A stretch of DNA of 64,000 nucleotides from a virus. The notes under the pieces are model-generated. The model saw only the letters and a program-made list of their open reading frames with translations. It ran no database searches and was not told where the DNA came from. The translations under genes and the position numbers were made by a program. The stretch is from IMG/VR virus record IMGVR_UViG_3300038705_000018, positions 3,711 through 67,710 of that record. One strand, 5' to 3'. Below are positions 48,988 to 58,492 of the stretch, piece by piece (within the stretch, counting starts at the first letter, position 1; each line of letters opens with the position of its first letter).

Positions 48988-49060
48988 TTCGACATAATAT
49001 GACGAAATAGGTTTAACCAATTCTGTTATGATGATTCGGAAATCTTACATTGTTTTAAGT
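48988..49060 (+). promoter_or_regulatory. Conserved upstream module, copy 1 (TTCGACA box + TGTTATGAT)
   Basis: Shared with 50870-50945 and 57444-57520. TTCGACATAATATGACGAA ... TCTGTTATGAT ... GAAATCTTACATT. Confidence 0.5.
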
Positions 49061-49182
49061 GGTAAGTCCTCAACCATAAAAGAAAGAAGTGATAGTTACG
49101 GATAATTCAACCTCTTCGAATAAGAATTCTGGTTTATCGGATAATCAAATGTATATAAATAGTTACTAAAGGGGATGGGGAT

Positions 49183-49680
49183 TTGAAGCAGAAGCTGATT
49201 GTTATAATATGTAGTTTAATTTTAATCCCTCTTGTGATTATGGGATGGAATAAGTATTTAGATTACAAATATGAAAAGGAACGAGAAAAAGTCCATGCCG
49301 ACTACGAAAAAGAACTAGTAGAACTGGAAAAGGAACAAACCAAACAGCTAGCGAAAGAAGAAAAAAGACTAGAAGAGCTAGAAGAACAGAATCGTAATGC
49401 AGAAGCTAAGCAGAAACGTATGACTGACGCTTTCAACAGCTTACGCCAAGGTATGTCCTACGAAGAAGTTGCAGCAGCGTTCGGTACAGAAGGTGATTTA
49501 AAAAACCAAGGTACCTATAGTAATGAATGGAAAGACTATAAAAAAAATCACCCTGCGTATTTTTGGAATTATGACAGCATCTACAATATAGTTTGTAATT
49601 TTAGCTATAACAAACTAACGTCATGTAAGAAACAAGAACGTGTTCGAGTAAAAGTGAATGGAACTTGGTATGAAAATTAA
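49183..49680 (+). CDS. Membrane-anchored coiled-coil protein with a DUF3862-like C-terminal domain
   Basis: TTG start with RBS AAAGGGGA. N-terminal TM, EK-rich coil, then GMSYEEVAAAFGTEG. Confidence 0.55.
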   Translation: MKQKLIVIICSLILIPLVIMGWNKYLDYKYEKEREKVHADYEKELVELEKEQTKQLAKEEKRLEELEEQNRNAEAKQKRMTDAFNSLRQGMSYEEVAAAFGTEGDLKNQGTYSNEWKDYKKNHPAYFWNYDSIYNIVCNFSYNKLTSCKKQERVRVKVNGTWYEN

Positions 49681-49950
49681 ACTCATCTAGTTCTTGATGG
49701 GTTTTCCTTTTATAAAAATGGCCATCAGCAAAGGCTACAATTTGCTAAACGACCAGCGTTGTATGTAAACGTGCTGCGTAACAACAAAGATATATTGTGA
49801 TTTGATTTCATCATTTTTACAAAAAGCCTTCAATTTAGATTGAGGGCTTTTTATAGTTATGGTGTAAAGATAATAGAAGGAAAATACAATATTTCCGTTC
49901 ATAATAATAAGTATATTTTTATGAATTCCATAATTCAGGAAATAGAAAGG

Positions 49951-50535
49951 CTAATTTTTGGGTGTTCTCTTTTCCTTGTATATCGTGATAATTGTATCTA
50001 CTATAACAAATGTAAGTAGTGCTTCAGCAGAAATTTCAATAAGGCTTTTGATAAAAGCAGAATCATAGTGATAACTGCGATATGAATTATAGTTTCTAAT
50101 TATATATAAGATAAGTAACATTGCATAAGTTATCATCCTAAAATTTAATCGTTCAAAAGTCTTATTATACTTCTCCACTAAATCCCTTGTATATGCAGTG
50201 TTATTAGCTAATAAAAACCACCTAATGGAATACTTTACTATTAGGGGGAAGTAAGCAAATGTAATTGAAAAACCGACTGAATACACATACAAATATTGAG
50301 GGGTAATAGACCATGTAAGGAATCCTATAATAATTAAAGTTACTATCAAAATAAATACGGATACAAACAAGGCATGATTTAGAAACTTCATTAGTCCTAC
50401 AAAGAAGTTAACCAAATGTATAAGTGGTTTCGGTATTTCTTCTACCCCCTTATCCTTATAAATATACAACCCTAATAATAAAGCTACAAATAATGTAATT
50501 ATGAGTCCTATTGGTACTATAAAAATCCAATTCAT
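49951..50535 (-). CDS. Polytopic membrane protein
   Basis: RBS AAAGGAGG before MNWIFIVPIG. About 5 TM segments. Confidence 0.6.
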   Translation of the reverse strand: MNWIFIVPIGLIITLFVALLLGLYIYKDKGVEEIPKPLIHLVNFFVGLMKFLNHALFVSVFILIVTLIIIGFLTWSITPQYLYVYSVGFSITFAYFPLIVKYSIRWFLLANNTAYTRDLVEKYNKTFERLNFRMITYAMLLILYIIRNYNSYRSYHYDSAFIKSLIEISAEALLTFVIVDTIITIYKEKRTPKN

Positions 50536-50869
50536 ATTTAAGCCTCCTTTATTTTTAATATAATACATTGAATCTACAAATCCCTCTCTGGAATATATAA
50601 GATTCTAGATAATATTTTATTATATACGAATATAACTATAAAGATAAAAGAATGAATTAATGAAACTAATGTTAATCCTTTTATATTCTAAAAGGTACAT
50701 CTTTCGAGACACACTCCTTCCTAGCCATATTAAAACCACATCTCCCGATAGATTTGACAAAAACCATTACTCAATATTAGTAAAAAATAGAGGATATTTC
50801 TCTATTATCCATCGGTAAATTCTTATCATTTTCCCATTGAGAGTCATGACTCTCTCTTTTTTATTTCCA

Positions 50870-50945
50870 TTCGACATAATATGACAATATAATAATGTTT
50901 GTTTTGATAAGATTGTCCAGAAATATTACATTTTATATATCTTGG
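50870..50945 (+). promoter_or_regulatory. Conserved upstream module, copy 2
   Basis: TTCGACATAATATGACAAT ... CCAGAAATATTACATTTTA. Preceded by the terminator gagagtcatgactctc plus a T-run. Confidence 0.5.
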
Positions 50946-50957
50946 AGGAATTCAATT

Positions 50958-51596
50958 ATGAGCAAAAAATTATTAATGGCTTTAGCATGCAGCGTGTTAC
51001 TTATGGGATTGGCTGCTTGTGGTTCAAATGATAAAGCAAGTACATCAGAAGAACCAAAACAAGAAACTAAAAAAGAAGATGAGCAAAAACAGGAAGAGGA
51101 ACAAAAGAAAATAGAAGAACAGAAAAAAGCCGAAGAACAAAAACAAGCTGAGGAACAAAAGAAGTTAGAAGAACAGAAAAAAGCCGAAGAACAAAAACAA
51201 GCTGAAGAGCAACAGAAGTTAGAAGAACAGAAAAAGGCTGAAGAACAAAAAGCTGAAGAAAAAGCTAAACAAGAAGAGCAGCAACGTCAAGAAGCTGAGG
51301 CGCAACGACAGGCTGAAGAAAAAACGAAGCAAGAACAACAACGTCAAAAGCAGGAACAAGTGCAAAAACAAAGAGAAGTAAATCAAAAGAAGACAGAGAA
51401 AGAAGCACGTGAGGAACAAGAAAGTTTAGAATATGCAAAAAGGAGAGCTCAATCATTTGAGGATAAAGAACGAGAAAAAATGAGTTGTGATGAAGCGAAA
51501 AATGTTCTTGAACAATTAAAGAATGGCGAACAGAATCCAGCAACAAAAGAGCATATTATTAAGTATCAAGAAAAAGTAAATATGTGTAGCAAGTAA
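50958..51596 (+). CDS. Lipoprotein with an EEQKK-type repeat region
   Basis: RBS GGAGGAA. Lipobox LAACGS. Tandem EEQKKAEEQKQA repeats, with DNA repeats at about 51100-51240. Confidence 0.7.
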   Translation: MSKKLLMALACSVLLMGLAACGSNDKASTSEEPKQETKKEDEQKQEEEQKKIEEQKKAEEQKQAEEQKKLEEQKKAEEQKQAEEQQKLEEQKKAEEQKAEEKAKQEEQQRQEAEAQRQAEEKTKQEQQRQKQEQVQKQREVNQKKTEKEAREEQESLEYAKRRAQSFEDKEREKMSCDEAKNVLEQLKNGEQNPATKEHIIKYQEKVNMCSK

Positions 51597-51624
51597 CAAA
51601 ATAACTTAAAATAGTAAAACACCA

Positions 51625-51705
51625 TTTGGATGAGAGTCCAATACATATCATTAAAATTAAAGTGGTTCAAGTCGGAGAAAGGCACCTTAGGGTGTCTTTT
51701 CTTTA
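51625..51705 (+). repeat. Interspersed repeat/terminator (copy B)
   Basis: Near-identical to copy A. Follows the lipoprotein gene. Confidence 0.8.
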
Positions 51706-51900
51706 TGTATAAAATAGCCCGACTATTTCCGTAGATGTGCTAAATAGTAACCCCTATTACCATTTATTTAAATATCTCCAAGTCAATATTATATAATTTC
51801 GATATATTTAAATTATATTTTAATTATATAAGTAGTGCAAAAGACGTTAGGCTTTGTTATCATGTTCTACGAATTAAAATTATTTCAAGGAGGTTTTTTT

Positions 51901-52563
51901 GTGTTTGATATATTAAAAAAACAATGTCGATTCAATAAGATGTCGGCAATATCGTTAGGGATTTTTGTGCTTTATATGATTTTAAAGCAATTTATCGCAC
52001 TAGTTTATTTCATTAGTGATGAACAGTTTAGCGGGATGAGCATTTCGTTTGACGCAATTGATTTGTTACTTGTTCTAATAATTTATTTTTATTATCGTAG
52101 ATCTAAAGAGCCTTTTACAAATCAAAATAATTTTACGATGAGTTTGCCAAAAAGCTTACTTTTAGGTCTAGTACTAACTGTAGTATGTAAATTCCTCCCG
52201 CTGTTACTAGCAGATTTTATAAGTTTTCAGTCATCCAATCAAGTTGAACTAGAAAGCCAAGTAACGTTACCAATTTTAGTCTTCGCATTTTCTGTTGCTC
52301 TGGTAGCACCCATTGGTGAAGAAATTGTCCATCGTGGTGTTATACAGCATGGAATTTTTAAAAATTCCTGGTTAGGTGTATTTGTTTCTTCAGCTATTTT
52401 TGCAGGTTTACATGTTAGTCTTCTTTCTTTAGAAGCAATTCCGTATTTCCTTCTGGGAATTGGTTTAGGTTGTACTTATAAGTTAACCGGGCGTTTATAT
52501 GTGGGAATTATAATGCACATGATTAATAATTCACTAGCAGTGATTGCTATTTACTATTTTTAA
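51901..52563 (+). CDS. CPBP-family intramembrane protease (CAAX/Abi)
   Basis: GTG start after AAGGAGG. Motifs GEEIVHRG and HMINNS. Multiple TM segments. Confidence 0.8.
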   Translation: MFDILKKQCRFNKMSAISLGIFVLYMILKQFIALVYFISDEQFSGMSISFDAIDLLLVLIIYFYYRRSKEPFTNQNNFTMSLPKSLLLGLVLTVVCKFLPLLLADFISFQSSNQVELESQVTLPILVFAFSVALVAPIGEEIVHRGVIQHGIFKNSWLGVFVSSAIFAGLHVSLLSLEAIPYFLLGIGLGCTYKLTGRLYVGIIMHMINNSLAVIAIYYF

Positions 52564-52662
52564 ATAAAAGAATTAAGAGGGAGTATGCTACAGGTGAATA
52601 CTAAGAAAAATAATTTGTTAATATCTTAACTCCATTCCAGACCGAACCGTCCGGTCTGAATC

Positions 52663-52707
52663 TGTGGTTCAAGTCAGAGGGAGGCACCTTTAGGTGTCTT
52701 TTCTTTT
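52663..52707 (+). repeat. Interspersed repeat/terminator (copy C, 3' half)
   Basis: GTGGTTCAAGTCAGAGGGAGGCACCTTTAGGTGTCTTTTC. Confidence 0.75.
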
Positions 52708-52732
52708 GTACATTATATCCATTACGTGCTCA

Positions 52733-52760
52733 TTGATTTTTTATGCACGTTTGATATAAT
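52733..52760 (+). promoter_or_regulatory. Near-consensus sigma-A promoter convergent on the small toxin-like ORF (antisense RNA candidate)
   Basis: TTGATT-N16-TATAAT. Conserved at 62981-63008 in the paralogous locus. Confidence 0.5.
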
Positions 52761-52865
52761 TATTGTAATAGTATTACAGTAATACCTTGTGTATATAATA
52801 AAAAGAAGAGATGCGCTAACATCTCTTCAAGTAACTGCTACCGCAAGGTGGTCGGTTGCTTAAAC

Positions 52866-53030
52866 TTATTTTTTGCGTTTAGAACCGCCCTTTCGCTTGC
52901 CGGCATTTGGGGCGGTTCTTTTATTTCGTTTACTGCTAATCTTCTTCGCCAGCTCATTCGCATAAGCTGTTGCAAATACTGTAAGGAATACCTTAGCAGC
53001 GTCATACAATAAATTAAATAAAGAATCCAT
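52866..53030 (-). CDS. 54-aa protein with hydrophobic N-half and poly-basic tail (type I toxin candidate)
   Basis: RBS AAAGGAGGTGA. MDSLFNLLYDAAKVFLTVFATAYANELAKKISSKRNKRTAPNAGKRKGGSKRKK. The SD is sequestered by a 10-bp hairpin (53040-53067). Confidence 0.45.
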   Translation of the reverse strand: MDSLFNLLYDAAKVFLTVFATAYANELAKKISSKRNKRTAPNAGKRKGGSKRKK

Positions 53031-53362
53031 TCGGTCACCTCCTTTCTCTCTAGAATCAGAGAAAGGATAGCAACCTCCCGCCCTCACAATATACAGTTAC
53101 ATACAGTCTATCACACAATTTTATTAGAGGAAATATCATTGGAATAATCTCAAATTACATCGAGTTAAAAATAGAATATAGATTTTGTTCACTTTTACGA
53201 TACATTTATGAAACATTCATATGTTACGTTGTATAAGTCCTTTTTTGAATCATTTTCATTCTGTCAAAAAGTCCTAGCCTCTCTAGGACTTTTTGCGTTT
53301 AAATAAAGAGGTGTACTAAATTTCTCAATGTACAATATTACTTAACGTGGTAAAATAATAGT

Positions 53363-53442
53363 TGGATTGGCGTCCAATACATATTATTAAAACTAAGATG
53401 ATTCAAGTCGGAGGAAGGCACCTTAGGGTGTCTTTTCTTTTT
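53363..53442 (+). repeat. Interspersed repeat/terminator (copy D)
   Basis: TGGATTGGCGTCCAATACATATTATTAAAACTAAGATGATTCAAGTCGGAGGAAGGCACCTTAGGGTGTC. Confidence 0.8.
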
Positions 53443-53698
53443 TATTATCCTATTATAACGGGTTAGTCATAGCGTTATGATATTTTTGGTGTAGATCCAT
53501 TCCTATCAATTAAATTTGAAAAATATAACTGTCTTTTATTTAAAGGACATATATTATAAGAAATGTGATTATAAGTTTCATAATTAAAATTATGAAACTT
53601 ATAAAAAAAACGAAAAATTGTGTTATAGTAATATAAGTATAGGTATTGGCCTCCAGGCAAAGTGAATGCAAATATTATCTTTGTGGAGGTATTTTAGT

Positions 53699-53917
53699 AT
53701 GTTTAAAGAAAAAACCTATAAAAAAACTAAAAAGAAAACTGTAGAGGAGAAGCAAACAGCGACTACCAAAACAGTTACTCATGTCACAGAAGTTGAGGTC
53801 GTTAGAACTCAAAAGAAAAAGAGTGGAACTACTACTTCCAACTCTTTCCAGTGGCGTGATGCAGTAAATTGGGTTTTCCGTCTAGGGACACTCATTATTT
53901 CTCTTTTTAAAGGCTAA
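53699..53917 (+). CDS. Small basic tail-anchored membrane protein
   Basis: RBS GGAGG. Lys/Thr-rich N-terminus, C-terminal TM WVFRLGTLIISLF. Confidence 0.5.
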   Translation: MFKEKTYKKTKKKTVEEKQTATTKTVTHVTEVEVVRTQKKKSGTTTSNSFQWRDAVNWVFRLGTLIISLFKG

Positions 53918-54141
53918 TGGTCAAAATAATACTAATCATTAAATAGTAAAGAATCCCACCCAAGGCAAGCGTTGAGATTTTCTAGATAATTGAGGACTAG
54001 TCACCCTCGCATATTATCAGTTCATATATGCTATACATATGCAATTCACTAGCCTAGAAGTGCAATCTTTAACTGGTGCACTTTGTTATTTAATGCATTA
54101 CATTATTATTGATTATTATTACCTTAAAGAAAGAAAATAAA

Positions 54142-54181
54142 CAAAAAAGCTTTCCGTTAGTCAGGCGGAAAGCTTTTTTTG
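54142..54181. terminator. Bidirectional terminator
   Basis: aaaaaagctttccg...cggaaagcttttttt. Confidence 0.7.
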
Positions 54182-54772
54182 TTTACCTAATTATTATCTT
54201 TGTGTGGTTTCAGTAACACAATTAACAACAGCAGTAAGGCTTGCTAGCGATGGTTATTACCTTAGTGTATTTTTTGAACAAAACAAGGGATTTTACGAAA
54301 TTCCGCCTGATCATCTAAAACATAAATTTTACACATATATATACACGCTTCAAACAATCCTCCAGTGTTTATAATGTGTACTGTCACCATGGTATTTAAG
54401 TATGTCTAAGTTGAATATACCACTTTCTTATATTTTATTCAACAATGGGATAGAATGTTTTATTGCATAAAAAGGCTCCATTGCTGGGTCACTCCAAAAA
54501 TAATATAAGTAAATGAATTAAAACAAATTACTAATATAGAAATCCTATTTTTTACTGATATAATAAACTTACTCGATAATTGTTATATTTTTTTATGGTT
54601 TTTCAGCAATATAATACTTTCTTAACACCAAATGTACAATTAATGGTTACTCATGCACTTTTGGAGCCTGAATATACTGAGAAAGTTCCATTTTACGATT
54701 GGTTAGCTTTGTAACGATAGTATATAAAACTTCTAATTTGTATATACTATAAATCTATAGGGGTGATATTGA

Positions 54773-55872
54773 TGGAAAAATGTATTTACTTAAAAGATAG
54801 CAAACAACAATTATCATTTGATTCAGAAGAACATATTTTTCCAGCTGGACTAGGTGGAATTAGAAAACTCCCAAAAGGATATGTAAGTGATGAATGTAAT
54901 AATTTCTTTTCCGGTATGGAAACTGAATTTATGAGAAGATCTCCTTTGGCTATACCAAGACAATTTGTCGGTCCAGGTAAGAGAGGTAAACTAAACGAAA
55001 AATATGCAACTAAGTCTGATATATCTCTAATGTCTGATGAAAATTCTCCTATAGGAATAGAATTTGGTTATATTTCTTTAGGTAAACCTTATTCAATACC
55101 GCAATTCAAAATTCGTCTTGAAGGAAAGATGCAATTTATCTCAGATCAATCATTCGGAGATGCTACAGCACAATATAATAATCTAATGGACAAACTAGAA
55201 AAATTTAACAATCAATATACAATTTATGAAGATGAACGAATTGATGAAAACTCATTTCTAATTGGTTACGAAAGCAAAGAAAATAAATGGCATATAGCTT
55301 TTCATAAAAAAGATCATGGGATTAATGTTAATGAATGGATTGAGAGAGTCATAAAGTCCAAAAAAAATATCAATAATGATGATATTGAGTATGGTAAGAT
55401 GCAACCCAAAGTAATACAGAGTATGAAAATTGATTTGATAGATTTCCATCGGGTTTATGCGAAAATCGCATTTAATTTCTTAGCCGAACTAACAAATCAA
55501 GAATTCGTACTTGATGATCAGTTTGACCCAATAAGAAATTGGATACTACATGGCGGCGAAAATGAATTTGTTACCTTAACAGGTAACGGCGAAAATTTCA
55601 AATCAATTAGCAATTTGATTCCAGTTCCTAAATCATCACATTTAGTGATGATAATTCAAAATAGAAACCATTTATTTGCAACTATTAGCTTTTATGGCGG
55701 GCAATTTGAAGTCTCTGTATTATTAAGTGATAGATTTGATGGTGTTTTTGAACAAGATGGTTTTATCTGTGATTGGGAAAATAGACAAGAATTTAGAATT
55801 TTTGAATACATGCTTAAGGAGCAAGAGAAGAAACTTAAAAAAATTAAAGAACTTCAAGACGTAGAAGACTAA
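54773..55872 (+). CDS. HNH_5-like nuclease-domain protein
   Basis: RBS GGGGTGA. N-terminus CIYLKDSKQQLSFDSEEHIFPAGLGGIRKLPKGYVSDECNNFFS. Only one Cys of each expected CxxC pair is retained. Confidence 0.5.
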
Positions 55873-56534
55873 AACAAAAATTATAAAATTAACGAACTAT
55901 GTCTGTTCTGTAAATTGAAACTTCAGTTTGTAGAGGATTTTATCCAAGATAAGAGAGATTGGCTAGAATCCTAAAAAATCTAAGTCAGAAAACAGATGAT
56001 ACTTTATAGAAAATTGCGATTAGGGAAGGCCGTATGATTGTTCAGGGGGGCAAGAATGATTAAACGTATATTTCATAAATAAATTGTAGTTGTAGCTGAT
56101 ATAGATTTAGCTTATTTCGGAGGCGAAGATTATGTGGATTCACCATTCCCTTATGCCAATTATAGATATTCTAGTAAATATCTATAGTTTTTGAACATTA
56201 TATATGTCCCCTTTCGATTAAGAACCTTTCTAAGATTAGGAAATAATTTGTACTATGCCAAAATAATAAATTATTATTTAAAAATTAAAATAGTTTTATT
56301 CGGAGGAAGACACCCTAAGGTGTCTTTTTTTAAGACTGGACATCAACAGAGTCGTTTTGCTAAGCCACTAAGCTGGTTTTATTTTATGTGAAAATGCTAC
56401 AAAAAAATAAAATATACTGTAATTTGATTTTTTTTCAGAAGAAAGCATTTCCATTTAATATAGATAAAATTATTGATTCACAACAAAAAGAATGCAAATA
56501 CTTCACCTGCATTCTTTTTGTTTCATATACAGGA

Positions 56535-57299
56535 CTACTTTAAATCATACAGATCTGAAGGAATAGCCTGTACATTAATATCAAATTTTTTAAGAACTGC
56601 ATTTACAACATCAACAAACCAAGACGCTGCACCAGGATAAACATAAACATTTCCAATCAAATCTTTTAGATTTACTTGAATATTCTTCCCTATCTTATGT
56701 TCATCACTAACATCATATTGTGAAGGTATAGAAACAAACCTTACTTCTTGTTCATGACTAAACGAAACTCTCTTTGTAAAAAACGGCTCAATATAATGTT
56801 TTTTAAGATTATTTTCCGTAGTATTATCCAAATATCTAACTTTACCAATAAAAACTTCATCCTCGCAAGCATTCAAGCTCTTTTTCACCCTATCAAAAGT
56901 AGTTTGAATCGCTATTCCTTCTTTACCATTAGAATACAAATCCCACATGGCTGCTGATTCATACTCATTTAAATGCCAACAGTTAATAAAAATCTTTTTA
57001 CGCTGTTCATCCAGTCCTATACTCAACTCTTTTTTAAACTGTTCTATCTCAATTTGCTCAGCATACTCTCTATATTCACTCATTTCCTCCATTTTCATTA
57101 CTCTATTTAATAATGCAAATGCATCCTGATCTGTTTGGTTAAATAATTTACCCTCAAATGTATCTCTAAAATTATCCGATCTACAAAAGAAGATTGACTG
57201 CGTAGATAACAAACTTACTAACTTAGTAAAATCCATATATCGCCATAGTTTAGCATCACCTTTTATATCTGAATTAATCCATTGACTCTCTACAAACAC
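56535..57299 (-). CDS. DUF2971-family protein
   Basis: LWRYMDFTKLVSLLSTQSIFFCRSDNFRDTFEG, INCWHLNEYESAAMWDLY, FFTKRVSFSHEQEVRFV. Confidence 0.65.
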   Translation of the reverse strand: MFVESQWINSDIKGDAKLWRYMDFTKLVSLLSTQSIFFCRSDNFRDTFEGKLFNQTDQDAFALLNRVMKMEEMSEYREYAEQIEIEQFKKELSIGLDEQRKKIFINCWHLNEYESAAMWDLYSNGKEGIAIQTTFDRVKKSLNACEDEVFIGKVRYLDNTTENNLKKHYIEPFFTKRVSFSHEQEVRFVSIPSQYDVSDEHKIGKNIQVNLKDLIGNVYVYPGAASWFVDVVNAVLKKFDINVQAIPSDLYDLK

Positions 57300-57443
57300 A
57301 ACTACTCATCCTTTCATTTCCTTTAAAATATTATTATCATCGATAATTAATTAGAACAGAAATATCCCCAGTATAATTAACCATTATACTGGATATATTT
57401 CTCAAATTATATTATATAAAACCATTAGTTTTTTTTATTTTCG

Positions 57444-57520
57444 TTCGACGAAATATGACAAAATAGTTGTAACCATTTCTGTTATGATGGTTTCAGAAAT
57501 CTTACATTTTACATAATTGG
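57444..57520 (+). promoter_or_regulatory. Conserved upstream module, copy 3
   Basis: TTCGACGAAATATGACAAA ... TCTGTTATGAT ... CAGAAATCTTACATTTTA. Confidence 0.5.
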
Positions 57521-57530
57521 GGGAAACAAA

Positions 57531-58058
57531 ATGTATAAGAAATTGGTTACAATCACTATAACTGGGGCACTTGCTTTTAGTTTAGCTGCATGTGGTGAAA
57601 CTGAAGAAACTGCAAAAAAGGTATCAAATGATACTAAAACAGAACAACCAGCTGAAAAGAAAGAAGAGAAGAAAGAATTTAAAATTGGTGAAATGATTCA
57701 ACTTGGAGACCACAAGTTAACTGTCACAAATATTGAAAAGTCTCAAGGTGGAGAATTTGATAAACCCAAAGATGGACATGAATTTTTAATCGCTAAGGTA
57801 ACTATAGAAAACGGTGGTAAGGAAGAAATAAGTTATAATCCTTTCGATTTTAGCTTACAAAACAGTGAAGGGAATATTGTAGATCAAGCATTTACTACAG
57901 TTAACCAAGATACTGTGTTGAATTCCGGGAAACTTGCACCAAACGGAAAAATTTCTGGAACTATCGCTTTCGAATCAAAGCAAGGAGATCCTAAGCTTCA
58001 ATTAATCTTCAAACCAAATTTCTTATCTAAAAAAGAAATTCGAGTAAATCTTCAATAA
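57531..58058 (+). CDS. DUF4352-like lipoprotein
   Basis: Lipobox LAACGE. Motifs KIGEMIQLGDHKLTV and KVTIENGGKE. Confidence 0.7.
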   Translation: MYKKLVTITITGALAFSLAACGETEETAKKVSNDTKTEQPAEKKEEKKEFKIGEMIQLGDHKLTVTNIEKSQGGEFDKPKDGHEFLIAKVTIENGGKEEISYNPFDFSLQNSEGNIVDQAFTTVNQDTVLNSGKLAPNGKISGTIAFESKQGDPKLQLIFKPNFLSKKEIRVNLQ

Positions 58059-58082
58059 CAAATTAGAAATGGAGTTATAACT

Positions 58083-58427
58083 ATGAAAAGAACAGCTGAA
58101 TTTGTATTAGGGCTTATTGGTGGGATTTTTGGAATCCTATGTGCATTTATCGCATTATTTATCGGTGGACTTGGATCTGCTTTAGAAACTGATGGCGCAA
58201 ACACTGTTATTGGCTTAGGATGGGGCGCTGTAGCTCTATCTATATTAGGAATCGTTGGATCTGTTATGGTAAGAAGTAAAGCGAAAGTTGGCGGTATCAT
58301 GATGACTGTTGCTGCTATCGGAGGCTTTATCTGTATATCTCTGATTTACTTATTACCAGGAGTATTATTATTAATCGGCGGATTAATGGGTATCTTCCGT
58401 AAAGATAAAGTTGTTGTATCTGCTTAA
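58083..58427 (+). CDS. DUF4064-like membrane protein
   Basis: MKRTAEFVLGLIGGIFGI... Three to four Gly-rich TM segments. The pairing with a DUF4352 protein is common. Confidence 0.65.
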   Translation: MKRTAEFVLGLIGGIFGILCAFIALFIGGLGSALETDGANTVIGLGWGAVALSILGIVGSVMVRSKAKVGGIMMTVAAIGGFICISLIYLLPGVLLLIGGLMGIFRKDKVVVSA

Positions 58428-58492
58428 AATGGGCACTCGAAAGAGTGCTTTTATTTTACTCTCTGGCATAAATGAAATTAGGGGTGATGCGC

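Noticed and set aside
48988-49006. PlcR box in the repeated upstream module.
   Set aside because: The PlcR box is TATGNAN4TNCATA. Here the halves are in the opposite arrangement (CATA-A-TATG) with the wrong spacing.
51219-51546. Two minus-strand ORFs with Leu/Phe-rich repeats.
   Set aside because: They are the antisense reading of the GAA/CAA/AAA-rich repeat tract of the lipoprotein gene.
52838-53087. Longer alternative ORFs at the toxin-like locus (66 aa and 73 aa).
   Set aside because: The perfect RBS AAAGGAGGTGA sits before the internal ATG at 53030. The N-terminal extension would read through the 5' hairpin. The other frame has no RBS.
53920-54760. About 0.8 kb ORF-free region upstream of the HNH_5-like gene, as a second RNA candidate.
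   Set aside because: It is AT-rich with no notable long-range helices beyond one bidirectional terminator. It looks like decayed intergenic DNA.
58052-58300. 82-aa Pro/Ile-rich minus-strand ORF.
   Set aside because: It is antisense to the Gly-rich DUF4064 membrane gene. Its composition mirrors GGN codons.
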